Part shown: positions 14,269 to 26,300 of the stretch, piece after piece
Position numbering within the stretch: the first letter of the stretch is position 1
How the letters are laid out: every line of letters begins with the position of its first letter
Made by a program: the position numbers and the translations under genes
The notes under the pieces: generated by a model
Databases searched by the model: none
Told to the model about the DNA's origin: nothing
The model's input: the letters and a program-made list of their open reading frames with translations, nothing else
Origin: Podarcis muralis
Lineage: Eukaryota
Assembly (NCBI RefSeq): GCF_964188315.1
Contig: NC_135658.1
Coordinates: forward strand, 50,654,001 to 50,718,000
Length of the DNA stretch: 64,000 bases
Direction of reading: 5' to 3'

Positions 14269-16280
14269 CGGTGAATGGTAGATGGGTATAGATGAACAAT
14301 CTCTACTTTTTTAAGATACATAATACATGTGTAGATTAAAAAACACTTTCTAGCACATTCAAGGAGAGTATTACTTTATGATAATGTCAGTTAACACTTT
14401 GTGTCAGTTAACATTTTGTGACCATTTCTCTTTTGTAAACCAAATAATTTCAGTCTCATATATATATAATCTGCTGTGATTTATCTATATTCCATATTGC
14501 CTCACAAATTGACTTTTAAAATGAAATATTATTTTAGTATTAAATGTATGGAAAGGGAAATTTCTGTACTTCTGTTGAACATTTCTTGGTTCATAGAATT
14601 CATTTCACTGCATTTAGCATAAAAGTGGTATTTTTGCCAGTTTGCCCTCACTCTGCATAATTTCTGCAGGCTATAAAACTCCAAACTGTTAATCTTATCT
14701 CTGCTTACATGCTGAATTACTATACAACAGCCCTTCGTTACAGTGAGAAAACCCTAGAAATATTTTATCGAAAGTCTCTTCCATTTGTGTCTCATGAGCT
14801 GTGAAATATGGTTTGGATACAAGAGAGAAGATAAATAGTTTTCATTTGTAGCCCACAGAAAATGGTTTGTTCTGCACTGGTAGCTGGTAAATCTTAAAAA
14901 AAATGCCCTGTCATAAATCTTCTGTTCTCTTTAATAATAATGGGCCTTTAAGTGGATGGGCGAGTTCATTTCGCCTCGATGTGATGCATCAAGTCAAATC
15001 CTATTAAACATTTAATTCTACAGGCACTTAACATTTAAGAGCAATTTTTCATTTGATATAAAAATGTACAGTGTCCCTTTATCATGTAACAAAATTAAAA
15101 ATTAGTTCATCTGAACAAGTGTCTCAAATTTGCATTAGAATGATTGCCCTTTACATGACTTTATTTGATACTTACTTTGATCTGACACAGAAAGCAACAT
15201 ACACGTGTAGCATATTCCAGCTAGTTAGCTATTACAGCTGGTAGGAACTGTTGCAACACAGATATCCTAATAATACGAATGAAATTCATTTTGTAAAGGG
15301 CATCTCTATTAAACTATTATATTAATTAAACCCTGGAAAGTAGGGCATAATTTTGAAATCTCCTCTCAGACGGCTCCATAGTGTTCAGTTTCAAAGTTTG
15401 AAACTGGTCTGCTTCACAAGTTCCATTCACACATTACATTTTGGCTGGATTTCAGGTGGCCTTGGTAACAACGCTCAGCTTTCCTGACCAGAGTGGCAAG
15501 CTTTCTCCAGCATAGCTAACTGCTCTACCGCTTTCACTGAAGCTAAATAGAAGCAGATATAGAGCTCAATGTGTATTTTGATTTTTCAGTAAAGTCATTT
15601 TGGATGTGGGATAATTTATCACCATCCCTGAAAGGGAAAAAAAGGCGTACACCAGCTGGCTCCAACATAAATTCAGTGGAAGGTGTGGAAAATAAATTGA
15701 TGTGTGTGAAAACTGGTGACTCTGTTCACTGGCCTCCAAGCTTGGGAGGGTGGTGCTATAGAGGTGCCCTCATGATCATGGCATGGCTGCTGCTTACCTG
15801 GTCAGTGTGGGATCTGGGCAGGATGCTGTTTTGGTTGAGACAGCAGCACCAACAAAGCCAATCCTGTGTTTCTGCCAGTATGCCTGCACAGTCCCAACCT
15901 CACCTTCACCCCATCCCACTCTGGGTCATCCAGGAAAGAAGCAACAACGATGCTCTTGGGAGATTACCTTCATGGCACTGCCCTCCTGTGCCATCTACTG
16001 CATTGCGCTTTCTGGGGAAACCAGAGGAAACCTCCCAAGCCTTGTTATTCTTTATAATTATTTGCACACACACAACAAAGAGTCACCACATTAAGAAAAG
16101 CTGTGGTGAACAGCATAAAACCAACATTAAAATCACATTCAGAAAACAAGTACAAAATACACCACATGTCAGTACATGGATTTAGTACATTAATGTGGCT
16201 CAAACACACTGTAAGGAGTTTCCAGTAGACACCCAAATGTCAACTGATATTGTTCATATGGTAATATTCTAAAGTTGACC

Positions 16281-16340
16281 TACTCCAACCCATTCCCTAC
16301 TCCAACCCATTCCCTACTCCAACCCATTCCCCACTCCACC
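16281..16340. repeat. 17-bp minisatellite (TACTCCAACCCATTCCC) x3.5
   Basis: Three exact head-to-tail copies plus a partial one. Confidence 0.9.
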
Positions 16341-18376
16341 ACTTTTTCCATCAGTCAACATTCAGCGTTCCTTGTCTGAGCATACTCAGTCCTCATTGGC
16401 AACTTTCACCCAACCTCTTTTTAGGATTCCCCCCTAAATATTTTTTGGCACAGTTGTAAACCTGGGGGCTCCCCCCCAAAAAAAATCTGTTTGATACCTT
16501 CTGCATGGCTACAAATGGTGCCGCTGTAGCTACATAAACAGCCCTCATAGCCCAAACACTGGAAGTAGAGGGAATGATGCCTGTATTTTAAGAAAGCACC
16601 CCACCCAAGATACATCACTTGGTGTTTTGAAATAACGTGCTGTGCTACCATTGAAACAACAAAAAAAGTGCACCTAATCAACTATGATTTGGGCTGTGTG
16701 TTTTAAGCTTCAGAGTCAAAATGCCTTGTACAGGAGAAGCTGCACTCCAAAATCAACTGAACGACTACAACTAAGTCTTCATTTGAGCAACATTTTATTG
16801 TAGAATCAGTGAGGACTGATTGTTTTCTTCTTTGCAGTCCACACACATCACCTATAGCTATTGCTTTCCCTTCCTTTTTTTGATTCTGCATTACCCTGTA
16901 TTTTTGCAATTTGAAAACATCTGGCTATAGATGTAGGTGGTCCCAGCAATAGGAGGGTTTCCACACTTGCCCAGTGACACTGTGGGTGGGAGTATACCAA
17001 TATTGCCATCACCACTTCCTTCTTCATTCACCTGGGACATGTTCAGGGAGGAAAAGGCATGGATAATCTAATAAATGGGAGGGTTTTCAAACATATCAAG
17101 TAAGCACACCCAACCTTGTGGGCAGCAGACTCTAGAATCAACCTAGATTGAAAACAGCATGATGAGGAGGAGCATCAATGATTCAAAACTGAGAAAAACT
17201 ATACTTGGGGGCTGTAAATCTTTAGTGTGTACACAGCCTGTGATAAAGAATGCAGTTTCAAATGGTTAGCAGTGTGGCAGCTTCCTTTTCAAACTAAAGA
17301 TTGCATATTTAGGCACAACCCAGCAGCTGAAGGAATGAGTGAGGATACTTAACTTTGATCACTAGAAAACATTAAAAGGTTTGGGGATACTTTTGAGAAT
17401 GACTCTTATTATTTGGTTCTTTCAAAAGACGAAAATATAATAAGATTTTATCAGCTGTGCATAAAATATAGGGTGCCCTTTGCAATTATTATTGTATAAC
17501 AAAACATTAATAGGGAGCATACTTTTGGTTTGAAACAGCTTGATAATTTTATCATTTTCTGAAAAATGCATGGGGAAAATATATTATAACTGTCAGTCCA
17601 AACATTGCTGTGTTGCTGAGGACTTTCATTTTGATGCCAGTGAAAAGAACTTTGATGTTTACACTGTGTTGCCAGAAAATGCAGAACAACTACATTTCTA
17701 ATCCTATTATAATTCAGAGTTCTGACTGAATGTTTCCTTTGCTATTATTGAATGCACCCAAATCCTGAAAGTCCCTATGAGTATGACTATCTGAAAAAAT
17801 TGCTTCAAGTTTATATTCACATTCATGTTTTTAGAACATATAAAAGGTTATTATACTCAGAGTTATAGCACTCCTTGATCTACAAGTTGATGCAGTTAAT
17901 GAATATGTTTCCTGAAATTTTGATGGCCAATGAAGCAAACTGTGTACATTTCTGATTTTACTAAATCCATACAGAACCTGGTCTACCACAGGGCAGTGTG
18001 CGGCAGCAGCCCCTAACGGCTAATCCTGGCTGTCCTGAAAGGCAGCATGATGCTCATTATTTAATTTGTTATTATTGGGTTGGATCCAGATTAATCTTCA
18101 GAGAAACTGGGTGCTCCCTTAGGCGGAAGGTGGTGAAAACTATTTTTGGTGATTCCTTCTTCTTTCTGCAGCTGCTATGACCCATCCCAAATCTGTCCCA
18201 TACACTGGCTGACTCTCTAGGGGGTGGGAAATATTTGGACCACCAAATGTTACTGAACTACAAGCCCTTAAGCCCAAACAAGAATGGTCAATGGTCAATG
18301 GCCAAGGATGATGCGAGTTGTAACCAAAAAAAATTCCTTCCAGTAGCACCTTAAAGACCAACTAAGTTAGTTCTTG

Positions 18377-18414
18377 GTATGAGCTTTCGTGTGCATGCAC
18401 ACTTCTTCAGATAC
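18377..18414 (-). ncRNA. Minimal type I hammerhead ribozyme motif (PLE sense strand)
   Basis: GUAU-CUGAAGA-A-GUGUG(CAUG)CACAC-GAAA-GCUC-AUAC: conserved core, helix II, palindromic AGCU helix III and 4-bp helix I. Confidence 0.8.
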
Positions 18415-18594
18415 ACTGAAACAGAAGTTGCCAGATCCTTCTATATAGTGAGAAGGTGGGGAGGGGTATTACTCAGAAGGGTGGTGGGAATGGGTGATTG
18501 GCAGATAGCTGTGATGAGCCTGTTGACGACTCTTAACGACTGTAATAGGTCTTACAGGAAAAAGCAAGGGGTGAGAAGGTGAAAAATGGCTTTG

Positions 18595-18792
18595 TCATGT
18601 ATAATGAGATAAGAATCCAATGTCTTTGTTCAGACCAGGTCTCTCCATGGTTTTAAGTTTGGTAATGAGTTGCAATTCAGCAGCTTCTCTTTCCAGTCTA
18701 TTTCTGAAAGTCCTTTGTAGTAAAACAGCTACTTTGAGATCTTGTATAGAATGTCCTGGGAGATTGAAGTGTTCTCCTACTGGTTTCTCTGT
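18595..18792 (-). pseudogene. C-terminal 65 codons of PLE GIY-YIG endonuclease
   Basis: Manual translation TEKPVGEHFNLPGHSIQDLKVAVLLQRTFRNRLEREAAELQLITKLKTMERPGLNKDIGFLSHYT*. Contains the HF, R..E and GLN motifs of Penelope endonuclease ends. Confidence 0.8.
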
Positions 18793-18856
18793 AATTGAGA
18801 AATACCCCTCCCCACCTTCTCACTATATAGAAGGATCTGGCAACTTCTGTTTCAGT

Positions 18857-18894
18857 GTATCTGAAGAAGTGTGCATGCACACGAAAGCTCATAC
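18857..18894 (+). ncRNA. Minimal type I hammerhead ribozyme motif (inverted pLTR copy)
   Basis: Exact inverted copy of 18377-18414. Predicted cleavage after C18890. Confidence 0.8.
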
Positions 18895-20061
18895 CAAGAA
18901 CTAACTTAGTTGGTCTTTAAGGTGCTACTGGAAGGAATTTTTTTTGTTTTGACTATGGCAGACCAACACGGCTACCTATCTGTAACTGATGCGAGTTGTA
19001 GTTAGTGTAGCAGAAGGAAAACTCTTGATACTCAGGTAAGAATGGTGGGTACCATTCCATTCATGGAGGCAGATAGGTAGATGCAATCTATTGTAATTTT
19101 ACTGCCAGGGAGATTAAGAAGAAAAGTTTATAAAATGTATATATTAAGGGGAAATGTGCGTGACAATGAATATATTTATGAAAATAACATTAAGAAGGTG
19201 CATTATATTAGGGAAATTGCCTGTGAAAATATGCACATTAGTCAAAACTACATAGAAAAATGTGTTTTTTAGGAGAAATTTGCAGTAAAATCCTGATGAA
19301 TTGCCATGAGGATTTCTGCAAATTGCTGCAGCAATATGGAGAACTGAATTTAGGACTGGGGGGAAAATTAGAAACTAAGAGTACTGAAATTTCCAGATCT
19401 TTTCATCCCTATATATTATATATTTGCATCTTGATGAGGGAGGGGCATTTTCTGCATTGCCCCAGGCAACAAAATGGCTCAGGCTGACCCTGAATGCCAG
19501 ATCTCTATATTATCACACAATGAGAAACAGCATTTCTATGACACTGAGTTCATTCAGTGTTCATTCATTACCACAGCAAGCAAATGTCTGGTTGATAATT
19601 CAAGTGAAACTTACTTCAGAAAAAACATGGGTTCGGTTAGGCACTAAGAATAGGAAGTCCCATCTCCCTGCATATTATTTGTCAAATATGTAGTCTATTT
19701 GTCAGCACAATGTTCACAAGGCAGGTAACAATAAAATCCAATATAAAATCATAAACACCCAACCTAATAACAACAAAAGATACAGGCAAGAATTCATTGC
19801 AAATATAGACAGCAGCTAGATTTCCGAAAGGAAGCACAAAATCTTGGTTGGGGAAGCTTCTGTAGGAAAACATTTTGTTATATAGACTATCACTTCCAAA
19901 AAGCATAAAAACTCATAGTATCTCTGATGTTTTGAAGCGTAAAAGCTCATAATGGCAGCCCCTAAGCCATACCTCTAAGGAGAGTCCATAGGCACACTAC
20001 CTGGTTGATCTGCCCCAAAGATTGCTACATAGCATACTATACTGCCCATTTTATTAGAATT

Positions 20062-20272
20062 GTTCTTGTTTTTGTTTAGTCGTTTAGTCGTGTCCAACTC
20101 TTCGTGACCCCATGGACCAGAGCACGCCAGGCACTCCTGTCTTCCACTGCCTCCCGCAGTTTGGTCAAACTCATGTTCGTAGCTTCAAGAACACTGTCCA
20201 ACCATCTCGTCCTCTGTCGTCCCCTTCTCCTTGTGCCCTCCATCTTTCCCAACATCAGGGTCTTTTCCAGGG
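20062..20272 (-). mobile_element. Bov-B (RTE clade) LINE, 5'-truncated 3' end
   Basis: 12-bp TSD TTTATTAGAATT (20050-61, 20273-84). Nearly the same sequence as 48467-48753. Confidence 0.9.
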
Positions 20273-20420
20273 TTTATTAGAATTAGAAGGTGGCAAAAGG
20301 TAGTGTAGTGATTTGAATGTTAAACTTTGGCTGAGGTGACCTAGGGTTTTTGTCCCTGATCAAAAGGTACACTGGTGACCTTAGGTCAGTCCCTGTCTGA
20401 GTTTAGTCTACTGAAGAAAG

Positions 20421-20978
20421 GGTTCATGTGCCAGGCCAGACCTGTCCCCTAACCACCTGAGCTTACAACACTATCAAAGCCCATTCCAGCAGATGATGTC
20501 ATTATTCCTGCTGATGTCATACAGGAGTTGTTGTCCCCCATGTTCCTGCTTCAGTGCACCTCTGACCAGAGAAAAGAGGATATAGCAAGGACTCTCCTCC
20601 CTGCAAGAGAGGGGAGTGGTTGTGGGCGGGAGCCCGAGCTCCGCCCCAGCAGGGGGCGTTAGCCCCCTGCCTCCATTACCTGGCTGGTGCCCACGCCCCT
20701 CGGCAGGCATCCAACCAGGTGCCTGAGGGGGGCGTGTTTAGCAGCTTTTTGCTGCGGCACCAGCCTCTCCCTGGCCTCATTCCTCGTTGTCCCGCTCCGA
20801 GTCAACAGGCTCCACCTTCTGGTGAATAAACCCACTTGTTTGAGAAATCCAATGCCTAAGCCAATACCTTTTCACTGCTGTAATCAATAAAGTTGTGGCC
20901 TTTCCTTGCCCATTAACCTTATATCACGTGTCCTTGTGTATTCTTTCCACACTGCGGGGGTCGGGTCCTTGAACCACA
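20421..20978 (+). mobile_element. Putative solo LTR
   Basis: GGTTCA...TGAACCACA inverted termini (left end lacks TGT). AAAG on both flanks. GC-rich middle and AATAAA near 20825 and 20886. Confidence 0.5.
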
Positions 20979-21431
20979 AAAGACATTTACAGCCAAAGAA
21001 GGCAAAGGAAAGGACACGTGCAAAATCCAAGCGTTCTCTAAAATTTAAGAAAACAATTTCCTCTTGGAGCATCTTGTTGCTGCTTCCTGAGCAAGAAAAG
21101 GACAGGGAGATATGCCCTTTGGGTTAAAGGAAACAAGGCAAATCACTGGGTTTTGAAAGGTAACCTGCATGCCCTTCAGAAAATTGGAATGAATAGATGA
21201 ATGAATGGCCCATTTCTCCACAGAAAAAGATGTTGATGGAGAAAGAGTTTCCTACACAATGCATGAACCAAGAAGATGGCTCATTTAAATGTAAGGAAAG
21301 AAGATATTAGAGTAAGCATTGATAGGCCTCAGAGCACCCCAGGGCTTAATGGAGCACTGCTTGTCCTCTGGAGCCCCAGTCCTATAATGTCCCTATTGCA
21401 CCCACCCCTAAAGTGAATAATTGTTGCCTTT

Positions 21432-21577
21432 CATGCAGACAATTCCATGTGTCCCCAGGTAGGGCTGGGAAAAGCTCTAGCCTGAAACTCTGGAAGGCCT
21501 CTGCCAGCCAATGGAGAGAGAAAATGAGCTGGATGGACCAATAGTCTCAGTAAAGGGCACTTTCCTATATTCCCTTA
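21432..21577 (+). mobile_element. tRNA-derived squamate SINE (Squam3-like), degenerate
   Basis: CCAGGTAGGGCTGGGAA...CTGAAACTCTGGA...GCTGGATGGACCAAT core, shared with copies at ~52055, ~52230 and ~52816. Confidence 0.5.
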
Positions 21578-23047
21578 TGTCTCCAGCATGTTAATGCCCA
21601 ACACATAGACCTATTGAATAATCACTCTGTTTGTAAATTCAATGAATTGGCCAAATTGTTGAAGAAAACTCATATATGGATCTGAAACAAAAATACATCT
21701 CAAGGGTAAAGAGCTAGACCCTCCTCCTCAAGATGAAACTTGAGGATCTATTTCTTTGGGGGGATATATTTCTTTACGGGATACATATGTTTGCCTAAGG
21801 TTCACTGCTTAGACAGAATCTGCCAGCTTGGGCAAGTAAGAGTGAAAACAAACAATCATAATATGGGAACGGTACTCCTTTAATTGAACAGAACAGCCTT
21901 TTGTGCTAATACACACACAGAACAGAAAATTAGACATTTATTCACCCTGGTTTCCATATCAGTACAGGTACAGGCTTATTCAATGTATTTATGTGTCCTA
22001 GAAGTCTAATGAGAAATGGTTTAAAGGCATAATTGAATTGTAAGAAGATATTAGAACAAGCATCACTGTAGATGGTAGAACAGCATATGCAAAATCAGCT
22101 AGAAGGGGAAATGTTTTCAGTCTCTGCATAATTTGCAATTTGAAAAATAATGGCTGAAAAAGAAAGATTAGGTAACAGTTGGGTTTGTGGCATACTAAGC
22201 TCTGAAATCACATTCACTAGCAGAAAACTGAATATGTTTCAAAAGGTGAATGCATGACAAAACTGCTGATACGTTTGCTTGAATCTACATCTTAGTTGTA
22301 TGCTAAGTTACATTTCTGCAACTGTGTATTAGAAAGTGTAGTGAAACACTGAAGTAAGCATTGGGTGGGTTTTGTTGTTGTTTTTTGGGCACACCATATA
22401 ATAATAAACAGGAATTATTTGCAAACATTTCATAATATGTAAAATAGTAGCTCTCAGTTTTCTGTAAAATATACTGATGAGTTGCTAAATCTTTTATGAA
22501 AGCAAGATAATTCATCTAATTATTGCCATGTTTCATCCAAAATCAGAAAGAATATTTCAGTTTATTATCATATCAATTTGAGGATAATGCCCCAAAGACT
22601 GTGGTGGCCATAACTGCAAATTTAACAGCAACTGTAGCCTGATTGTTCTGCGGTGGCAGCAACAATGCTGGCCTGGCATTTCTTGTTAATGGCCAGGGAA
22701 ACATCTTGGTAGAAACGAAAAGCCCATCTGCATTATGCATTTAAACCAGTATCATACCACTTGTTGTGGCTTCGCCCAAAAGATCCTGGGAACTGTAAGG
22801 ATGCTGAGAATCGTTAGGAGACCCCTATTCCCCTCACAAAACTACAATTCCCAGAGTTTCCCGGGAAGAGGGATTGTGTGGATGGGGCTTAACTGTTATA
22901 AGATGATGTGGAATGTGAAAGCCAACAGCTTGAGGCAAGGAGGGAGTGAAAGGCATCTTGGGGTTGGCTCTATAAGAATATGATAAAGGGCAGATAATTT
23001 GCATTGCAGGATGTCTTCAACTGTTTTCCTCTATCAATGTCCCACTA

Positions 23048-23343
23048 CAGTGGTGCCCCGCTAGACGAAAGGGTTTTCCGTTTTCGAGTTGCTTCGCAAG
23101 ACGATTTTCCCTATGGGCTTGCTTTGCAAGACGGAAACGTCTTGTGAGTCTTGCGGGGTTTTTTCGCTCCCCCCCCCTTTTTCTAAGCCGCTAAGCTGCT
23201 AATAGCCTTTTAGCCGCTAAGCCGCTAAACCGCTAATAGTGCTAATCCGCTAAGCCGCTAATAGGGTTGCTTCGCAAGACGAAAAAACCACTAGACGAAG
23301 AGACTCGCGGAACGGATTATTTTCGTCTTGCGAGGCACCACTG
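23048..23343. mobile_element. Tc1/mariner (pogo/Tigger-like) MITE, second family
   Basis: 22-bp TIR CAGTGGTGCC(C/T)CGC(T/A)AGACGAA with 2 mismatches. TA on both sides. Confidence 0.85.
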
Positions 23344-25779
23344 TAGTATATTTGTAAATATATATTACAAAAACACAATCCGTCTCCAGTGATCTTCCTA
23401 CCAAACAAAGTCAAATGCCGGTAAGCATTTCCCTTGGAACTTCTTGCCACTTGGGGAAGAGCAGAGCACATAACAATGACAACAAAGGAGATTAATAAAA
23501 ATGGAACATTACTAGTGGCATGGTTCAACAGGGACCAGGGGCTCTCTAAATGCCAATGGACTCCTGATTAAGCTGTTCCAACAACACTTAATTCAGCCCC
23601 ACCCCCCTCAAGTTGTGCATGTAAACCAAACCAAAATAGCTTGTGCCTTTTTTGTTCTCTGTGTAACTACTGGTTATACCATGTCTACATTTTTCTTGAA
23701 AAGAGCAAGAAAGATTCTTAGACCCTCTAAGGGGCAGTGCTAATTCAGCCCACCATGGGATTGCCCGAAAGTAAAAGACATATTACCAATAAAATTCCTC
23801 AGTAGCTCTCAAGACTCCAGAATCACTGGAATGCTTGAAAGGAGCTTTCTCTCTGTGGCTTGATCTATGTCTCAAGGACATAATAGAAATCTTACTTCCA
23901 TTTTCATGCTGACATAACAGCAATTTGCTAGAGAGATGATCGTATAAACAAGGTGCTACAGGTCATGCCATCATCCAACTCGTATTTTCTTTCAGACTGA
24001 GGTCTACATGATTATAATGATAAGGAATATTTTCTAGGGAATACTAAAGTGAGCAGACCTTTTTCGATGTTAGAAACATTACGGGTAGAAATAGAACTAC
24101 ATAAATTCACAACTGCAGAGCGGCGGCTGCAAAGAGGGTATAGCAGCCATGCCAAACTTGGATCCCTAGTTGTTGCTGGACTGCAGCTGTGATCATAATG
24201 AGATTCTAAGCTTGGAAATCCCTCTTGATTGTGGAAATGAAGGTGATGATGAAGCAGCTTTTCCACTCTGATTCTCTGTAGCATAGGTTGTGAATCTGTT
24301 GCCTTCCAAGAGCTGTTAGGTTACAACTGGGCACCATCCCTGACTGTTAGCCATGATAGTTGGGGCTGATGGCAGCTGGAGTCCCTCAACATCTGAAGAT
24401 TCATAGGGTCTCCATCACTTCCATATAGTTTGGCCCTGGTGAGGTATGGGAAGACAGGCAGCCTATGCTCCCTCCTATTATAACCATTTCCCATTCTGCC
24501 TTTGAGGAACTAGGGAGACAGGGGGAGGCATGAAACATTTGTCTTGTATCTGGAATACAAATGTCTGTCCCTCATATCTGGGATAATGCTTATCATTCCT
24601 TGATGTTCCTGTTTCCTAAATTGTATTAATGTGATTCTCTCAGAGAATGAATAGGATATGGAATCAACTGGGTTGTGCTTTGCAGAGCAGTTGCTGAATA
24701 CTATTGTATGCCCTTCAGAACAGGGTTCAAGGCTAAAAATATACACCCACACCTCCCTACTCACAATAGTTCAAAATAAATAAATAAAACAGAATCAGGC
24801 TGTTGCATTCGCAGTTACAAGTATGGAGACTGCGCCTCTACTCATCAGATAAGCATAAAATACTGGCATCTCCATAGTGTAGCATTATGTAAGACTCCAA
24901 CAAGAATACATGACCTTGACAATGCTTTCTCTTTAGCAAAATGCACAAGGACTGGAGCCTTTTCCTCCCTTGTTTATAATCAATCCTCAGCTTGGAAAGG
25001 ACTTTATTTGTGGGCATAAATTAAGCCTTGCCTGTCAAAGGAGAATATCCTCCAAAGCAACATGCTAAATGTGTTTGCACCATTGACCTACAAATGCAGA
25101 AAGACAGTGGGCAGCTCCTTGCTGCGTGAGGAGGTTAAAAACAAAACTTGCTTATATTTTTTCAGCACCTTTACTTAAATGGATTAAGACTGCCATCTAT
25201 AGCATTAGATGCCAGAAGTGTGAATTTGTCCTTTCAGTTCTCCTCTGAGTTATTTTCATGCTGGGAACGCTCTCACACTGAAGGGTTTTGAATTTTCTTT
25301 TTGAAGTTTTAAAACATGCTAATTTAAAGAACATTGCAGATCTCCGAGCGCTATTGCGAGACTGCAGGATTTGTTAGCTCTGAGTAAACACTTAAGGCTA
25401 CTCTACATCATCAGATTCATCCAAGTAATTATTTCTGCAGGGAGAAAGGTGCTATGGGCTTCACACTAGGAGACATGACAGCAATTACTGTGACCCTGGT
25501 GACATTCTTCTCTCCAGCAGCCTATTGCAGATCAGACTGTAGGCATGTGTAGCTAGCATGGATATGGCTGTTAGCTCTTTCACCTATATCCTGGCTAATT
25601 CTAGACCAGAGCTGAAGAACCTCAGGGTTGGGTTCTCTCTGTCCAAAAAGAGTCACTCTGCCTAAGACATGCCCTTCTTCCTGTCACCCAGCCATACTGT
25701 CCCTGATTTTCCCTGGCTAGAATGTGTCCCTGGCCTAGAATGTACATTTCACCATCTTTACTTGTAGCTGTTACCTAGA

Positions 25780-26300
25780 GCCAAAGTGACTGTGGAGGCC
25801 AATTTTGGATCCACACGTCCTTCCAAAATGGGAACAATGGTTTCTGGCCAGGAGTTGATCACAGTGGGGATTTGCCAAGAGTGCCTTCCTCTTAGCAAGT
25901 TTTTCCGTTGCGTCCTGAGTTTGAGTGTCTTCAAAGCCCATGACACCTTTGGTAAAGGCTGTTCTCCAACTGGAGTGCTAGCAGGCCAGTGTTTCCCAGT
26001 TGTGAATGTTTAAACTACATTTTTAAAGATTTGCCTTGAGACAGTCTTTAAACCTCTTTTGTTGACCACCAGCATTAATCTTTCCATTTTTAAGTTCGGA
26101 ATAGAGTAGTTGCTTTGGAAGATGATCATCAGGCATCCAAACATGACCAGTACAATGAAGTTGATGTTGAAGAATCATTGCTTCAACACTGGTGATCTTT
26201 GCTTCTTCCAGTACACTGACATTAGTTCGCCTGTCTTCCCAAGTGATGTGTAAAATTTGTCAGAGACACCGTTGATGGAATCTTTTGAGGAATATTTTGT
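25780..26300 (-). mobile_element. RTE-clade LINE 3' coding fragment (not Bov-B), decayed
   Basis: Minus translation LKRFHQRCL*QILHITWEDRRTNVSVLEEAK...LPKQLLYSEL...GGQQKRFKDCLK...CGSKIGLHSH, with in-frame stops. Confidence 0.8.

Larger units (their letters stand above)
18323..18986 (-). mobile_element. Penelope-like element (PLE), 5'-truncated, with inverted pseudo-LTR
   Basis: 14-bp TSD TGATGCGAGTTGTA (18309-22, 18987-19000). 150-bp inverted arms at 18326-18475 and 18796-18945. Contains a GIY-YIG C-terminal fragment and hammerhead motifs. Confidence 0.9.

Noticed and set aside
15571-16185. 204-aa ORF
   Set aside because: Non-ATG start, no recognisable domain and no supporting splice structure. 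Consistent with chance.
17975-18005. PGLPQGSV resembling the LINE RT PQG motif
   Set aside because: No flanking RT homology in any frame.
25020-25470. Repeat-free stretch that could be a conserved non-coding element (also 33400-33860)
   Set aside because: Conservation cannot be judged from one sequence. A multi-species alignment is needed.
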